Translations under genes and position numbers: made by a program
Shown: positions 48,628 through 57,314 of the stretch, in pieces
How the letters are laid out: every line of letters begins with the position of its first letter
How positions within the stretch are numbered: position 1 is the first letter of the stretch
Notes under the pieces: model-generated
Seen by the model: the letters and a program-made list of their open reading frames with translations, nothing else
Told to the model about the DNA's origin: nothing
The model's database searches: none
Assembly: GCA_963837345.1 (NCBI GenBank)
Contig: CAWIMX010000001.1
Span: 3,086,959 to 3,150,958 of the forward strand
DNA: 64,000 nt
Direction: 5' to 3'
Source: an uncultured Acidobacteriota bacterium
Lineage (GTDB): Bacteria > Acidobacteriota > Vicinamibacteria > Vicinamibacterales > CAVVIG01

Positions 48628-48873
48628 ATGCCGCTGTACGAATTCGTCTGTGGGTCGTGTGGCCAGCAGTTCGAAGCGCTCGTGCGACGCTCCGGGGCAC
48701 CCGTGTGTCCCCGGTGCTCGAGCAGTGATCTTCAGCGGGTGCCGTCGCTCTTCGCCGTGGACTCGCCGACCACGCGCAGAGCGGCGTTGGAATCGGGCCG
48801 TCGGCGCAATACGAAGACCGCGCGCGACAAGCAGGTCGCTGAACACGAGGAACGACACCACCATCACGATTGA
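48628..48873 (+). CDS. FmdB-family zinc-ribbon protein with His-rich tail
   Basis: 81 aa. MPLYEFVCGSCGQQFE...CPRCSSSD (CxxC...CxxC). C-terminal EHEERHHHHD. Confidence 0.85.
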   Translation: MPLYEFVCGSCGQQFEALVRRSGAPVCPRCSSSDLQRVPSLFAVDSPTTRRAALESGRRRNTKTARDKQVAEHEERHHHHD

Positions 48874-48902
48874 CGTTCGGGCATCGGTTGCCTGGAGGGC
48901 AC

Positions 48903-50525
48903 ATGCACGCCACATTCACTCGCGCCGGCTGCGGAGGCTGGAAGACGGCCCTGCTGGTGATCGGCTTAAGCCAGGCGACGCTTGTCGGCGCCGCCGGCGA
49001 CAACCTGCCCGAGGCGGCCCGCAATCGGGACGCGAGCACCATCGCGCGCCTGTTGAGCCAGGGCGCTGGTGTCGACGAACGTGAGCCGGACGGAGCCACC
49101 GCCCTCCATTGGGCGGTGTACTGGCATGACGTCGATACCGCCGATCGTCTGATTCGGGCCGGCGCCAAGGTGAATCTGGCCAACGATCTGGGCATTACGC
49201 CCCTGTTTCTGGCCAGCAGCCAGGAGGACGCGACGCTGGCCACCCGGCTGTTGGACGCGGGAGCGGACGCGAACAAGGCGACGCTGTCGGGGGAGACGCC
49301 TCTGATGGAAGCGGCGCGCACGGGACGTGTGGACGTGACACGGGCCCTGCTCGCGCACGGGGCTCAGGTGAATGCCAGCGAAACGACCCACGATCAGACG
49401 GCTCTGATGTGGGCGGCCGTGTCGGGCCATCCAGACGTCGTGCGCGCGCTGATCGAGGCGGGCGCCGACGTCCACGCTCGCTCGCAGACGCGCATCCGCA
49501 AAGTGATTCTGTCGTCGAATCGCCAGGCGAGCTACGACCTCGGTACGTATGAACGGCTCCTCAAGACCGGCGGCATGGTCGAGGTCCAGGAAGGCGGATA
49601 CACCGCGCTGCTGTTCACGGCGCAACAGGGCAATGTGGAGTCTGCGAAGATCTTGCTGGGTGCCGGCGCCGACGTCAACGACACCGCGCCGATTGGCATG
49701 AGCGCCCTGGTTGTGGCGGCGTACAGCGATCATGCGGGCATGGGCCAATTGCTGCTGGAGGAAGGCGCGGACCCCGATGCAGCCGGCGCCGGGTACACGG
49801 CCCTGCACGCGGCGATTCTCCGGGGCAACCTGGAGTTTGTCGAGGCTCTCCTGGCACACGGCGCGAATCCCAACCTGCCCCTCACGAAGGCGAATGGCGC
49901 GAGGCGTCAGAGCGCGGACTATGCGTTTGGCGACACGCTGGTTGGCGCGACGCCGATCTATCTCGCCGCAAAATTTGCCGAGATTCCGATCATGCGCGCC
50001 CTCGCCGCCGCCGGCGCAGACTTGCGGTTCACAATGCCAGACGGCACGACGCCAATGATGGCGGCGCTGGACCTGCCCAAGACCGACTCGGGAAACGTCG
50101 AAGGCCTGGGGAGAGATCGGCGCGATCGATACGTCTTCTTTCGTCGCATCAAGACAGAATCGCCGGACGATTTCACGCCCAAGTCGCCCGAGGAGGCAGA
50201 ACGTGACGCTCTGGCGATGGTCACGATGGAAGTCAATGCCGGGGTCGATGTCAACGCGGCCAACTCGGACGGAGACACCGCGCTGCATTTCGCAGCGTTC
50301 GAAGGGCTGAACAGCGTGATTCAGTTCCTCGTGGATCATGGCGCGAACGTCAACGCCCGGAACGGGCGAAATCAGACGCCGGTCGACATGGCCGAAGCCC
50401 CGCGCAGCAACCGTGGCGGCGATCCCTTGCCGATCAAGGCGGATTCGGCCGCGCTGTTGCGGACCCTCGGTGGCGAAGAGGGCGGAGTCAAACTGGACGA
50501 GAGGATCTATCGACGCCAGCGCTGA
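48903..50525 (+). CDS. secreted ankyrin-repeat protein
   Basis: 540 aa from MHATFTRAGCGGWKTALLVIGLSQATLVGAAG (GGAGGG RBS). A TTG alternative at 48870 overlaps the previous stop. Many ANK units (DGATALHWAV..., GITPLFLAS..., GETPLMEAAR..., GDTALHFAAFEG...). Confidence 0.85.
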   Translation: MHATFTRAGCGGWKTALLVIGLSQATLVGAAGDNLPEAARNRDASTIARLLSQGAGVDEREPDGATALHWAVYWHDVDTADRLIRAGAKVNLANDLGITPLFLASSQEDATLATRLLDAGADANKATLSGETPLMEAARTGRVDVTRALLAHGAQVNASETTHDQTALMWAAVSGHPDVVRALIEAGADVHARSQTRIRKVILSSNRQASYDLGTYERLLKTGGMVEVQEGGYTALLFTAQQGNVESAKILLGAGADVNDTAPIGMSALVVAAYSDHAGMGQLLLEEGADPDAAGAGYTALHAAILRGNLEFVEALLAHGANPNLPLTKANGARRQSADYAFGDTLVGATPIYLAAKFAEIPIMRALAAAGADLRFTMPDGTTPMMAALDLPKTDSGNVEGLGRDRRDRYVFFRRIKTESPDDFTPKSPEEAERDALAMVTMEVNAGVDVNAANSDGDTALHFAAFEGLNSVIQFLVDHGANVNARNGRNQTPVDMAEAPRSNRGGDPLPIKADSAALLRTLGGEEGGVKLDERIYRRQR

Positions 50526-50656
50526 CGGATGATCGCCTTGCGGCAGTCTCGGCGTGGTCGATTCAAGCGCGTCAATCGGCGTGCCTGACGGCCACGCGCG
50601 TCCGGAATTCAGAAAGCCGAACACCCTCCCGGCCCCATCCCAGAATTCTGCCGTAG

Positions 50657-50674
50657 CTACCTGATCCAGGGTAT
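50657..50674. promoter_or_regulatory. CTACC-N8-GGTA box 2 upstream of TonB receptor copy 1
   Basis: CTACCTGATCCAGGGTAT overlaps by 1 nt TTGCGC(50674-50679)-N16-CAGAAT. Confidence 0.45.
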
Positions 50675-50684
50675 TGCGCAAGAT

Positions 50685-50706
50685 CTGTGATTCACCAGAA
50701 TCACAG
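50685..50706. promoter_or_regulatory. copy-1-specific palindrome over the predicted spacer and -10 region
   Basis: CTGTGATTC-ACCA-GAATCACAG is a perfect 9-bp inverted repeat in a locally AT-rich stretch. Confidence 0.4.
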
Positions 50707-50890
50707 TCTATGGATACGTCTTCTTTATGAGATGCACATTACATCGTGATGTACGGCAAGTATTTCGATCTTGAGTGTAAGCAGAACTCGTGTCTCTCGG
50801 GTTGAAGCGGCGGTCGTGTCCGCAGAGCCCCATGGCAGGGCCGACGGATTTCGTCGGCACATGACGCACTGTGCGCTGCAAGGAGAGAGT

Positions 50891-53785
50891 ATGAAGCTCG
50901 AAGGCCTCGTGAGGAAGAGTTCGCGGCGTCAGCTGGCGTTGTGCCTGGTCGTGGGCCTCATCGGCATCGCTCCGGCCGCGTCGGCGCAGCAGCAGGCCAG
51001 CATCATCGGACGCGTGGTCGACGACAGCGGGGGCGTCCTGCCCGGGGTCACGGTGACCGTGGCGAGTCCGGCGCTGCAGCTGCAGAGCGTCACGGCGGTG
51101 ACCGACGGCCAGGGCGAGTACCGGGTCACGACATTGCCGATCGGCGTCTACGCGGTGACCTACACCCTGAGCGGCTTCCAGACGGTGGCCCGGGAAGACG
51201 TCCGGCTGACCGCCGGGTTCACGGCGCGGCTGGACGTGTCGCTGAAGGTGGGGGCGGTGGAGGAGGCGATTACGGTGTCGGGGGTGTCGCCGGTCATCGA
51301 CGCCACGTCGACGACGACCCGGACGCAGCTGACGCGGGAGACGCTCGAGCTGACGCCGACGAACCGGAACAGCATTTCGGGGCTGATGGCGCAGACGCCG
51401 GGCGCGCGGCCGGCGCTCGACGTGGGCGGGGAAACGATGCAGAGTCCGCCGGCGTTTCATGCGTTCGGCCAGGACGGGGAGTCGTCGCAGTCGATCGAAG
51501 GCGTGGTGACCAACAACCCGAAGTCCACCAACCAGGGCGGGAACTACTGGGACTACTCGTCGTTCGACGAGGCGGTGGTGGGCACGATGGCGCACGACGC
51601 GGAGGTGCCGACGCGAGGCGTCTACGTGAACGCGATCATCAAGTCGGGCGGGAACGATTTTCACGGAAGCCTCTTCAGCTCCGGCACGGGACGAAAGTTC
51701 GTGAACGAGAACGTCGACGAGAAGCTGGCGGCGGCCGGGATCAGCGGCGGCAACCGGACGAACGCGCGCTGGGACGTCAGCGGGGACGTGGGCGGCCGCC
51801 TGATTCGCGACAAGCTGTGGTTCTATGTTTCCGCCCGGACGCGCGGCGACCATACCGAATCGATCGGCGGCTTCCAGCCCGACGGCTCACCCGCGGTTCA
51901 GACCGGAGGCAACAAGTTTCACACCGAGAAGCTGACGTACCAGATCAGCCAGGCGAACCGTCTGACGTTCTTCGACACGTGGGCCGAGAAGCTGCGGACC
52001 GACTCGGGCGTATCGTCACTCGTGGCCTGGGAATCGCGGATCGACCAGACGCTGGCCCATCACACCGGGAAGGTGGAGTGGCAGGTGGTCAAAGGCGGCT
52101 CGTTCGTGAGCAGCGCGCAATTCGGCTACTGGACCGGCGGCAGCCAGCAGCCTTGGAGCGGCCATACGACCGATCCCGCGACGCGTGACTTGGTGACGTT
52201 GCAGGTGACGGGCGCCAGCACGAGTGCGGGGCAGCAGACGACCGATCATCAGATCGGGCCCAAGTGGACGATGAGCTATTACCGGTCGAACTGGCTGGGG
52301 AACCACGATTTCAAGGCCGGCCTGGAGTATCTGGACCGGGCGTCGGACCGGCCGTGGGTGATCGGGGAGGGCGGCAACTACCAGCGGATCCTGCAGGCGG
52401 GCGTGCCGTTCGAGATCATCACCTGGAACTATCCGATCACGCCGGAGAACCCGATTCACTATTTTGCGACCTACATCCAGGACAGCTGGACGCTCGGGCG
52501 CCGACTGACGCTGAATCTGGGCGTGCGCTACGCCCACGACAACGGCTTCGTGCCCGAACAATGCCGCGACGAGGCGGCGCCGGCGCCGGCCAACGTCGTC
52601 GCGCCCGCGTCGTGTTTCCCGGCGCGGCAATTCAACATCTGGACGCCGGTCGTCCCGCGGCTGCACGCGGCCTATGACGTGGCGGGGGACGGCACGACGG
52701 TCATCAAGGGGGGCTGGGGCGTCTACGCGCACCTGCGGTCGGTCGACGAGCTCACCCTGGCCAATCCGAACGTGGCGACGTCGACGACCTACCTCTGGCA
52801 CGACCTGAACGGCAACGGGGACTACGACGGGGGCGAGATCAATCTGGACGTGAACGGCCCCGATTTCATCAAGACGAGTGCCCAGGGAAACGCGACGCTG
52901 GCCAACGGGATTCCCAATCCCAACGAGAAGGAGCCGACGACCGACGAGTTCACGGTGTCTGTCGAGCGGCAACTGGTGCCGGGATGGGCGCTGCGGGCGA
53001 GCGGCATCTACTCGCGGACGCACGACACGTATCGGCTCCAGAACAGCCTGCGGCCGCCCGACACCTACAGCGTCGCGGTGACCAATCCGGACCCGGGGCC
53101 CGACGGGAAGGTCGGGACGACGGACGATCCGGGCACCACGCTGACCTACTACGAATATCCCGCGGCGCTGGCCGGCGCCGACTTCCAGTTGCCCTGGCTC
53201 GTCAACGATGCGAAAGCGAATCAGACCTATGGCAGCTTCGAGCTGGCCATCAGCAAGCGCCTGGCCAACCGGTGGCAGTTCATGGCGTCGCATTCGGCGA
53301 CGAAGAAACACATCCCGATCCGGCCGGTGGGCAGTCCGAACGGGCTGGCGATCTCGGTCGCGACGGATGACCCGAATGCGGAAATCCACAACAGCGACGA
53401 CACCTGGGAGTGGCTGACCCGCGCGGAAGGGGCGTATCTGTTCCCGTTCGACGCGCTCGTGTCGTTCCACTACGAGCTGCGCAGCGGAGATCCGCAGGCG
53501 CGGACCGTGCTCCTGCGAGGCGGCAAGACCATTCCGTCGATCACCCTGAACACCGAGCCTCTCGGCGCGCTTCGGTTGCCGAACATCAGCCTGCTGGATC
53601 TGCGGTTCGAGAAGACGCTGCGCATCACGCCGACGCAGAAGGTGGCGGCGCGCGTGAACATCTACAACGCCATGAACATCAACACGGTGACGAGCCGGAC
53701 CGTCCAATCCGGCGCCAACTATCTGCGGCCGACCGGGATCGTGACCGGCCGCACGTTCGAATTCGGCGCCACCTACAGCTTCTGA
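50891..53785 (+). CDS. TonB-dependent receptor with N-terminal carboxypeptidase-regulatory-like domain (Oar-like), copy 1
   Basis: 964 aa from MKLEGLVRKSSRRQLALCLVVGLIGIAPAASAQQ (AGGAGAG RBS). IIGRVVDDSGGVLPGVTVTV CarboxypepD_reg motif, plug region, C-terminal ...FEFGATYSF. Confidence 0.9.
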   Translation: MKLEGLVRKSSRRQLALCLVVGLIGIAPAASAQQQASIIGRVVDDSGGVLPGVTVTVASPALQLQSVTAVTDGQGEYRVTTLPIGVYAVTYTLSGFQTVAREDVRLTAGFTARLDVSLKVGAVEEAITVSGVSPVIDATSTTTRTQLTRETLELTPTNRNSISGLMAQTPGARPALDVGGETMQSPPAFHAFGQDGESSQSIEGVVTNNPKSTNQGGNYWDYSSFDEAVVGTMAHDAEVPTRGVYVNAIIKSGGNDFHGSLFSSGTGRKFVNENVDEKLAAAGISGGNRTNARWDVSGDVGGRLIRDKLWFYVSARTRGDHTESIGGFQPDGSPAVQTGGNKFHTEKLTYQISQANRLTFFDTWAEKLRTDSGVSSLVAWESRIDQTLAHHTGKVEWQVVKGGSFVSSAQFGYWTGGSQQPWSGHTTDPATRDLVTLQVTGASTSAGQQTTDHQIGPKWTMSYYRSNWLGNHDFKAGLEYLDRASDRPWVIGEGGNYQRILQAGVPFEIITWNYPITPENPIHYFATYIQDSWTLGRRLTLNLGVRYAHDNGFVPEQCRDEAAPAPANVVAPASCFPARQFNIWTPVVPRLHAAYDVAGDGTTVIKGGWGVYAHLRSVDELTLANPNVATSTTYLWHDLNGNGDYDGGEINLDVNGPDFIKTSAQGNATLANGIPNPNEKEPTTDEFTVSVERQLVPGWALRASGIYSRTHDTYRLQNSLRPPDTYSVAVTNPDPGPDGKVGTTDDPGTTLTYYEYPAALAGADFQLPWLVNDAKANQTYGSFELAISKRLANRWQFMASHSATKKHIPIRPVGSPNGLAISVATDDPNAEIHNSDDTWEWLTRAEGAYLFPFDALVSFHYELRSGDPQARTVLLRGGKTIPSITLNTEPLGALRLPNISLLDLRFEKTLRITPTQKVAARVNIYNAMNINTVTSRTVQSGANYLRPTGIVTGRTFEFGATYSF
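50978..53785 (+). repeat. tandem duplicate unit, copy 1 (mature-protein coding part only)
   Basis: Colinear with 54341-57148 at a constant offset of 3363 nt with no indels. Similarity starts at the signal-peptide cleavage region and ends at the stop codon. Confidence 0.9.
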
Positions 53786-53796
53786 GATCGCCACGC

Positions 53797-53814
53797 GACA
53801 GGGAACGCCCTGTC
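53797..53814 (+). terminator. short hairpin after receptor copy 1 (no U-tract)
   Basis: GACAGGG-AACG-CCCTGTC, 12 nt after the stop. Confidence 0.35.
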
Positions 53815-54072
53815 CCAGCCCCTCGACGGCGCGCGTCCCCGGCCGAAGCCCGGGGGCGCGCGCCAGGCCTTCCCCTGCCGAATTCGGCGATTCCCAACAG
53901 ACCGACCTGATCCCCTCGGGGCCGATCGAGTTCCCGCATCATAAGTAAACAGGAAGGATTCGCATTCGCGCGTAAGGCAATACTCGCTCCGAGACCAGAA
54001 GTGTGAATGCGCATTTCCATTCCGACGACATTTTGTATCGATCAGTTGCGCGGACCCTCGATTTCCAACCTC

Positions 54073-54090
54073 CTACCTGCTCGAGGGTAT
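54073..54090. promoter_or_regulatory. CTACC-N8-GGTA box 3 upstream of TonB receptor copy 2
   Basis: CTACCTGCTCGAGGGTAT overlaps by 1 nt TTGATG(54090-54095)-N17-TAGAAA(54113-54118). Confidence 0.45.
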
Positions 54091-54253
54091 TGATGATTCA
54101 TTCGCTGACATCTAGAAACGCAGCGTGAATCCGACGCGCAGCGCACCGATCGTCCGCCGTTCCCGACCACGGGTATCAGGCAAGGCGTGTCCGGACAGGG
54201 CCTTCGGCCCTCATGGGTGGACGGCAGACGGTCGACTGCCAGGAGGAGAATGT

Positions 54254-57148
54254 ATGAGGCACGAATCCCGCGGGATGAAGAGACAGTGGCACCGGCTGGC
54301 GCTATTCGTGGCGGTGGTTCTCCTCGGCGTCCCTCCGGTCGCGTCGGCGCAGCAGCAGGCCAGCATCATCGGACGCGTGGTCGACGACAGCGGGGGCGTC
54401 CTGCCCGGGGTCACGGTGACCGTGGCGAGTCCGGCGCTGCAGCTGCAGAGCGTCACGGCAGTGACCGACGGCCAGGGCGAGTACCGGGTCACGACATTGC
54501 CGATCGGCGTCTACGCGGTGACCTACACCCTGAGCGGCTTCCAGACGGTGGCCCGGGAAGACGTCCGGCTGACCGCCGGGTTCACGGCGCGGCTGGACGT
54601 GTCGCTGAAGGTGGGGGCGGTGGAGGAGGCGATTACGGTGTCGGGGGTGTCGCCGGTCATCGACGCCACGTCGACGACGACCCGGACGCAGCTGACGCGG
54701 GAGACGCTCGAGCTGACGCCGACGAACCGGAACAGCATTTCGGGGCTGATGGCGCAGACGCCGGGCGCGCGGCCGGCGCTCGACGTGGGCGGGGAAACGA
54801 TGCAGAGTCCGCCGGCGTTTCATGCGTTCGGCCAGGACGGGGAGTCGTCGCAGTCGATCGAAGGCGTGGTGACCAACAACCCGAAGTCCACCAACCAGGG
54901 CGGGAACTACTGGGACTACTCGTCGTTCGACGAGGCGGTGGTGGGCACGATGGCGCACGACGCGGAGGTGCCGACGCGAGGCGTCTACGTGAACGCGATC
55001 ATCAAGTCGGGCGGGAACGATTTTCACGGAAGCCTCTTCAGCTCCGGCACGGGACGAAAGTTCGTGAACGAGAACGTCGACGAGAAGCTGACGGCGGCCG
55101 GGATCAGCGGCGGCAACCGGACGAACGCGCGCTGGGACGTCAGCGGGGACGTGGGCGGCCGCCTGATTCGCGACAAGCTGTGGTTCTATGCCTCGGCCCG
55201 GACGCGCGGCGACCATACCGAATCGATCGGCGGCTTCCAGCCCGACGGCTCACCCGCGGTTGAGACCGGAGGCAACAAGTTTCACACCGAGAAGCTGACG
55301 TACCAGATCAGCCAGGCGAACCGTCTGACGTTCTTCGATACGTGGGCCGAGAAGCTGCGGACCGACTCGGGGACGTCGTCGCTCGTGGCCTGGGAATCGC
55401 GGATCGACCAGACGCTGGCCCATCACACCGGAAAAGCCGAGTGGCAGTTCGTCAAAGGCGGCTCGTTCGTGAGCAGCGCGCAATTCGGCTACTGGACCGG
55501 CGGCAGCCAGCAGCCCTGGAGCGGCCATACGACCGATCCCGCGACCACGGACCTGGTGACGTTACAGGTGACGGGCGCCAGCACGAGTGCGGGGCAGCAG
55601 ACGACCGATCATCAGATCGGGCCCAAGTGGACGATGAGCTATTACCGGTCGAACTGGCTGGGGAACCACGATTTCAAGGCCGGCCTGGAGTATCTGGATC
55701 GGGCGTCGGACCGGCCGTGGGTGATCGGGGAGGGCGGCAACTACCAGCGGATCCTGCAGGCGGGCGTGCCGTTCGAGATCATCACCTGGAACTATCCGAT
55801 CACGCCGGAGAACCCGATTCACTATTTTGCGACCTACATCCAGGACAGCTGGACGCTCGGGCGCCGACTGACGCTGAATCTGGGCGTGCGCTACGCCCAC
55901 GACAACGGCTTCGTGCCCGAACAATGCCGCGACGAGGCGGCGCCGGCGCCGGCCAACGTCGTCGCGCCCGCGTCGTGTTTCCCGGCGCGGCAATTCAACA
56001 TCTGGACGCCGGTCGTCCCGCGGCTGCACGCGGCCTATGACGTGGCGGGGGACGGCACGACGGTCATCAAGGGGGGCTGGGGCGTCTACGGGCATCTGCG
56101 GTCGGTCGACGAGCTCACCCTGGCCAATCCGAACGTGGCGACGTCGACGACCTACCTCTGGCACGACCTGAACGGCAACGGGGACTACGACGGGGGCGAG
56201 ATCAATCTGGACGTGAACGGCCCCGATTTCATCAAGACGAGTGCCCAGGGAAACGCGACGCTGGCCAACGGGATTCCCAATCCCAACGAGAAGGAGCCGA
56301 CGACCGACGAGTTCACGGTGTCTGTCGAGCGGCAACTGGTGCCGGGATGGGCGCTGCGGACGAGCGGGATCTACTCGCGGACGCACAACACGTATCGGCT
56401 CCAGAACAGCCTGCGGCCGCCCGACACCTACAGCGTCGCGGTGACCAATCCGGACCCGGGGCCCGACGGGAAGGTCGGGACGACGGACGATCCGGGCACC
56501 ACGCTGACCTACTACGAATATCCCGCGGCGCTGGCCGGCGCCGACTTCCAGCTGCCCTGGCTCGTCAACGATGCGAAAGCGAATCAGAGCTATGCCAGTT
56601 TCGAGCTGGCCATCAGCAAGCGCCTGGCCAACCGGTGGCAGTTCATGGCGTCGCATTCGGCGACGAAGAAACACATCCCCATTCTGCCGGTCGGCAGCGC
56701 GAACGGGCTGGCGATCTCGGTCGCGACGGATGACCCGAATGCGGAAATCCACAACAGCGACGACACCTGGGAGTGGCTGACCCGCGCGGAAGGGGCGTAT
56801 CTGTTCCCGTTCGACGCGCTCGTGTCGTTCCACTACGAGCTGCGCAGCGGAGATCCGCAGGCGCGGACCGTGCTCCTGCGAGGCGGCAAGACCATTCCGT
56901 CGATTACGTTGAAAGCAGAACCCATGGGGTCACTGCAATTGCCGAACATCAGCCTGCTGGATCTGCGGTTCGAGAAGACGCTGCGCCTCACACCGACGCA
57001 GAAGGTGGCGGCGCGCGTGAACATCTACAACGCCATGAACATCAACACGGTCACGAGCCGGACCGTCCAATCCGGCGCCAACTATCTGCGGCCGACCGGG
57101 ATCGTCACCGGCCGCACCTTCGAATTCGGCGCCACCTACAGCTTCTGA
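54254..57148 (+). CDS. TonB-dependent receptor with carboxypeptidase-regulatory-like domain (Oar-like), copy 2
   Basis: 964 aa from MRHESRGMKRQWHRLALFVAVVLLGVPPVASAQQ (AGGAGGAG RBS). The mature part is about 98% identical to copy 1. Confidence 0.9.
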   Translation: MRHESRGMKRQWHRLALFVAVVLLGVPPVASAQQQASIIGRVVDDSGGVLPGVTVTVASPALQLQSVTAVTDGQGEYRVTTLPIGVYAVTYTLSGFQTVAREDVRLTAGFTARLDVSLKVGAVEEAITVSGVSPVIDATSTTTRTQLTRETLELTPTNRNSISGLMAQTPGARPALDVGGETMQSPPAFHAFGQDGESSQSIEGVVTNNPKSTNQGGNYWDYSSFDEAVVGTMAHDAEVPTRGVYVNAIIKSGGNDFHGSLFSSGTGRKFVNENVDEKLTAAGISGGNRTNARWDVSGDVGGRLIRDKLWFYASARTRGDHTESIGGFQPDGSPAVETGGNKFHTEKLTYQISQANRLTFFDTWAEKLRTDSGTSSLVAWESRIDQTLAHHTGKAEWQFVKGGSFVSSAQFGYWTGGSQQPWSGHTTDPATTDLVTLQVTGASTSAGQQTTDHQIGPKWTMSYYRSNWLGNHDFKAGLEYLDRASDRPWVIGEGGNYQRILQAGVPFEIITWNYPITPENPIHYFATYIQDSWTLGRRLTLNLGVRYAHDNGFVPEQCRDEAAPAPANVVAPASCFPARQFNIWTPVVPRLHAAYDVAGDGTTVIKGGWGVYGHLRSVDELTLANPNVATSTTYLWHDLNGNGDYDGGEINLDVNGPDFIKTSAQGNATLANGIPNPNEKEPTTDEFTVSVERQLVPGWALRTSGIYSRTHNTYRLQNSLRPPDTYSVAVTNPDPGPDGKVGTTDDPGTTLTYYEYPAALAGADFQLPWLVNDAKANQSYASFELAISKRLANRWQFMASHSATKKHIPILPVGSANGLAISVATDDPNAEIHNSDDTWEWLTRAEGAYLFPFDALVSFHYELRSGDPQARTVLLRGGKTIPSITLKAEPMGSLQLPNISLLDLRFEKTLRLTPTQKVAARVNIYNAMNINTVTSRTVQSGANYLRPTGIVTGRTFEFGATYSF
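54341..57148 (+). repeat. tandem duplicate unit, copy 2
   Basis: See 50978-53785. Confidence 0.9.
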
Positions 57149-57155
57149 GCGGCGT

Positions 57156-57192
57156 ACGCATGATCGCCTCCTCGTGCGAGGCGATCATGCGT
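57156..57192 (+). terminator. 15-bp perfect hairpin after receptor copy 2 (no U-tract)
   Basis: ACGCATGATCGCCTC-CTCGTGC-GAGGCGATCATGCGT, beginning 8 nt after the stop. Confidence 0.5.
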
Positions 57193-57314
57193 GCTTCCCC
57201 GGCGTGAAGGCACGCCCGACCGCCGAGCCTCCCCCCGTCCGGTCCGCTCACCGCGATAGAATACCCGCACCGTCGAACATCTCAATCCGCGAAAGGGAGG
57301 CCAGAATAGGCGGC

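Noticed and set aside
50685-50706. CRP/FNR-type site (TGTGA...TCACA) upstream of receptor copy 1
   Set aside because: The arms are separated by 10 nt, not the 6 nt of CRP/FNR sites. It is kept only as a generic palindromic operator candidate.
53679-54020. 113-aa minus-strand ORF in the spacer between the two receptor genes
   Set aside because: Arg-rich, no RBS or motif, and it overlaps the 3' end of receptor copy 1. The spacer is better explained as a terminator plus promoter region.
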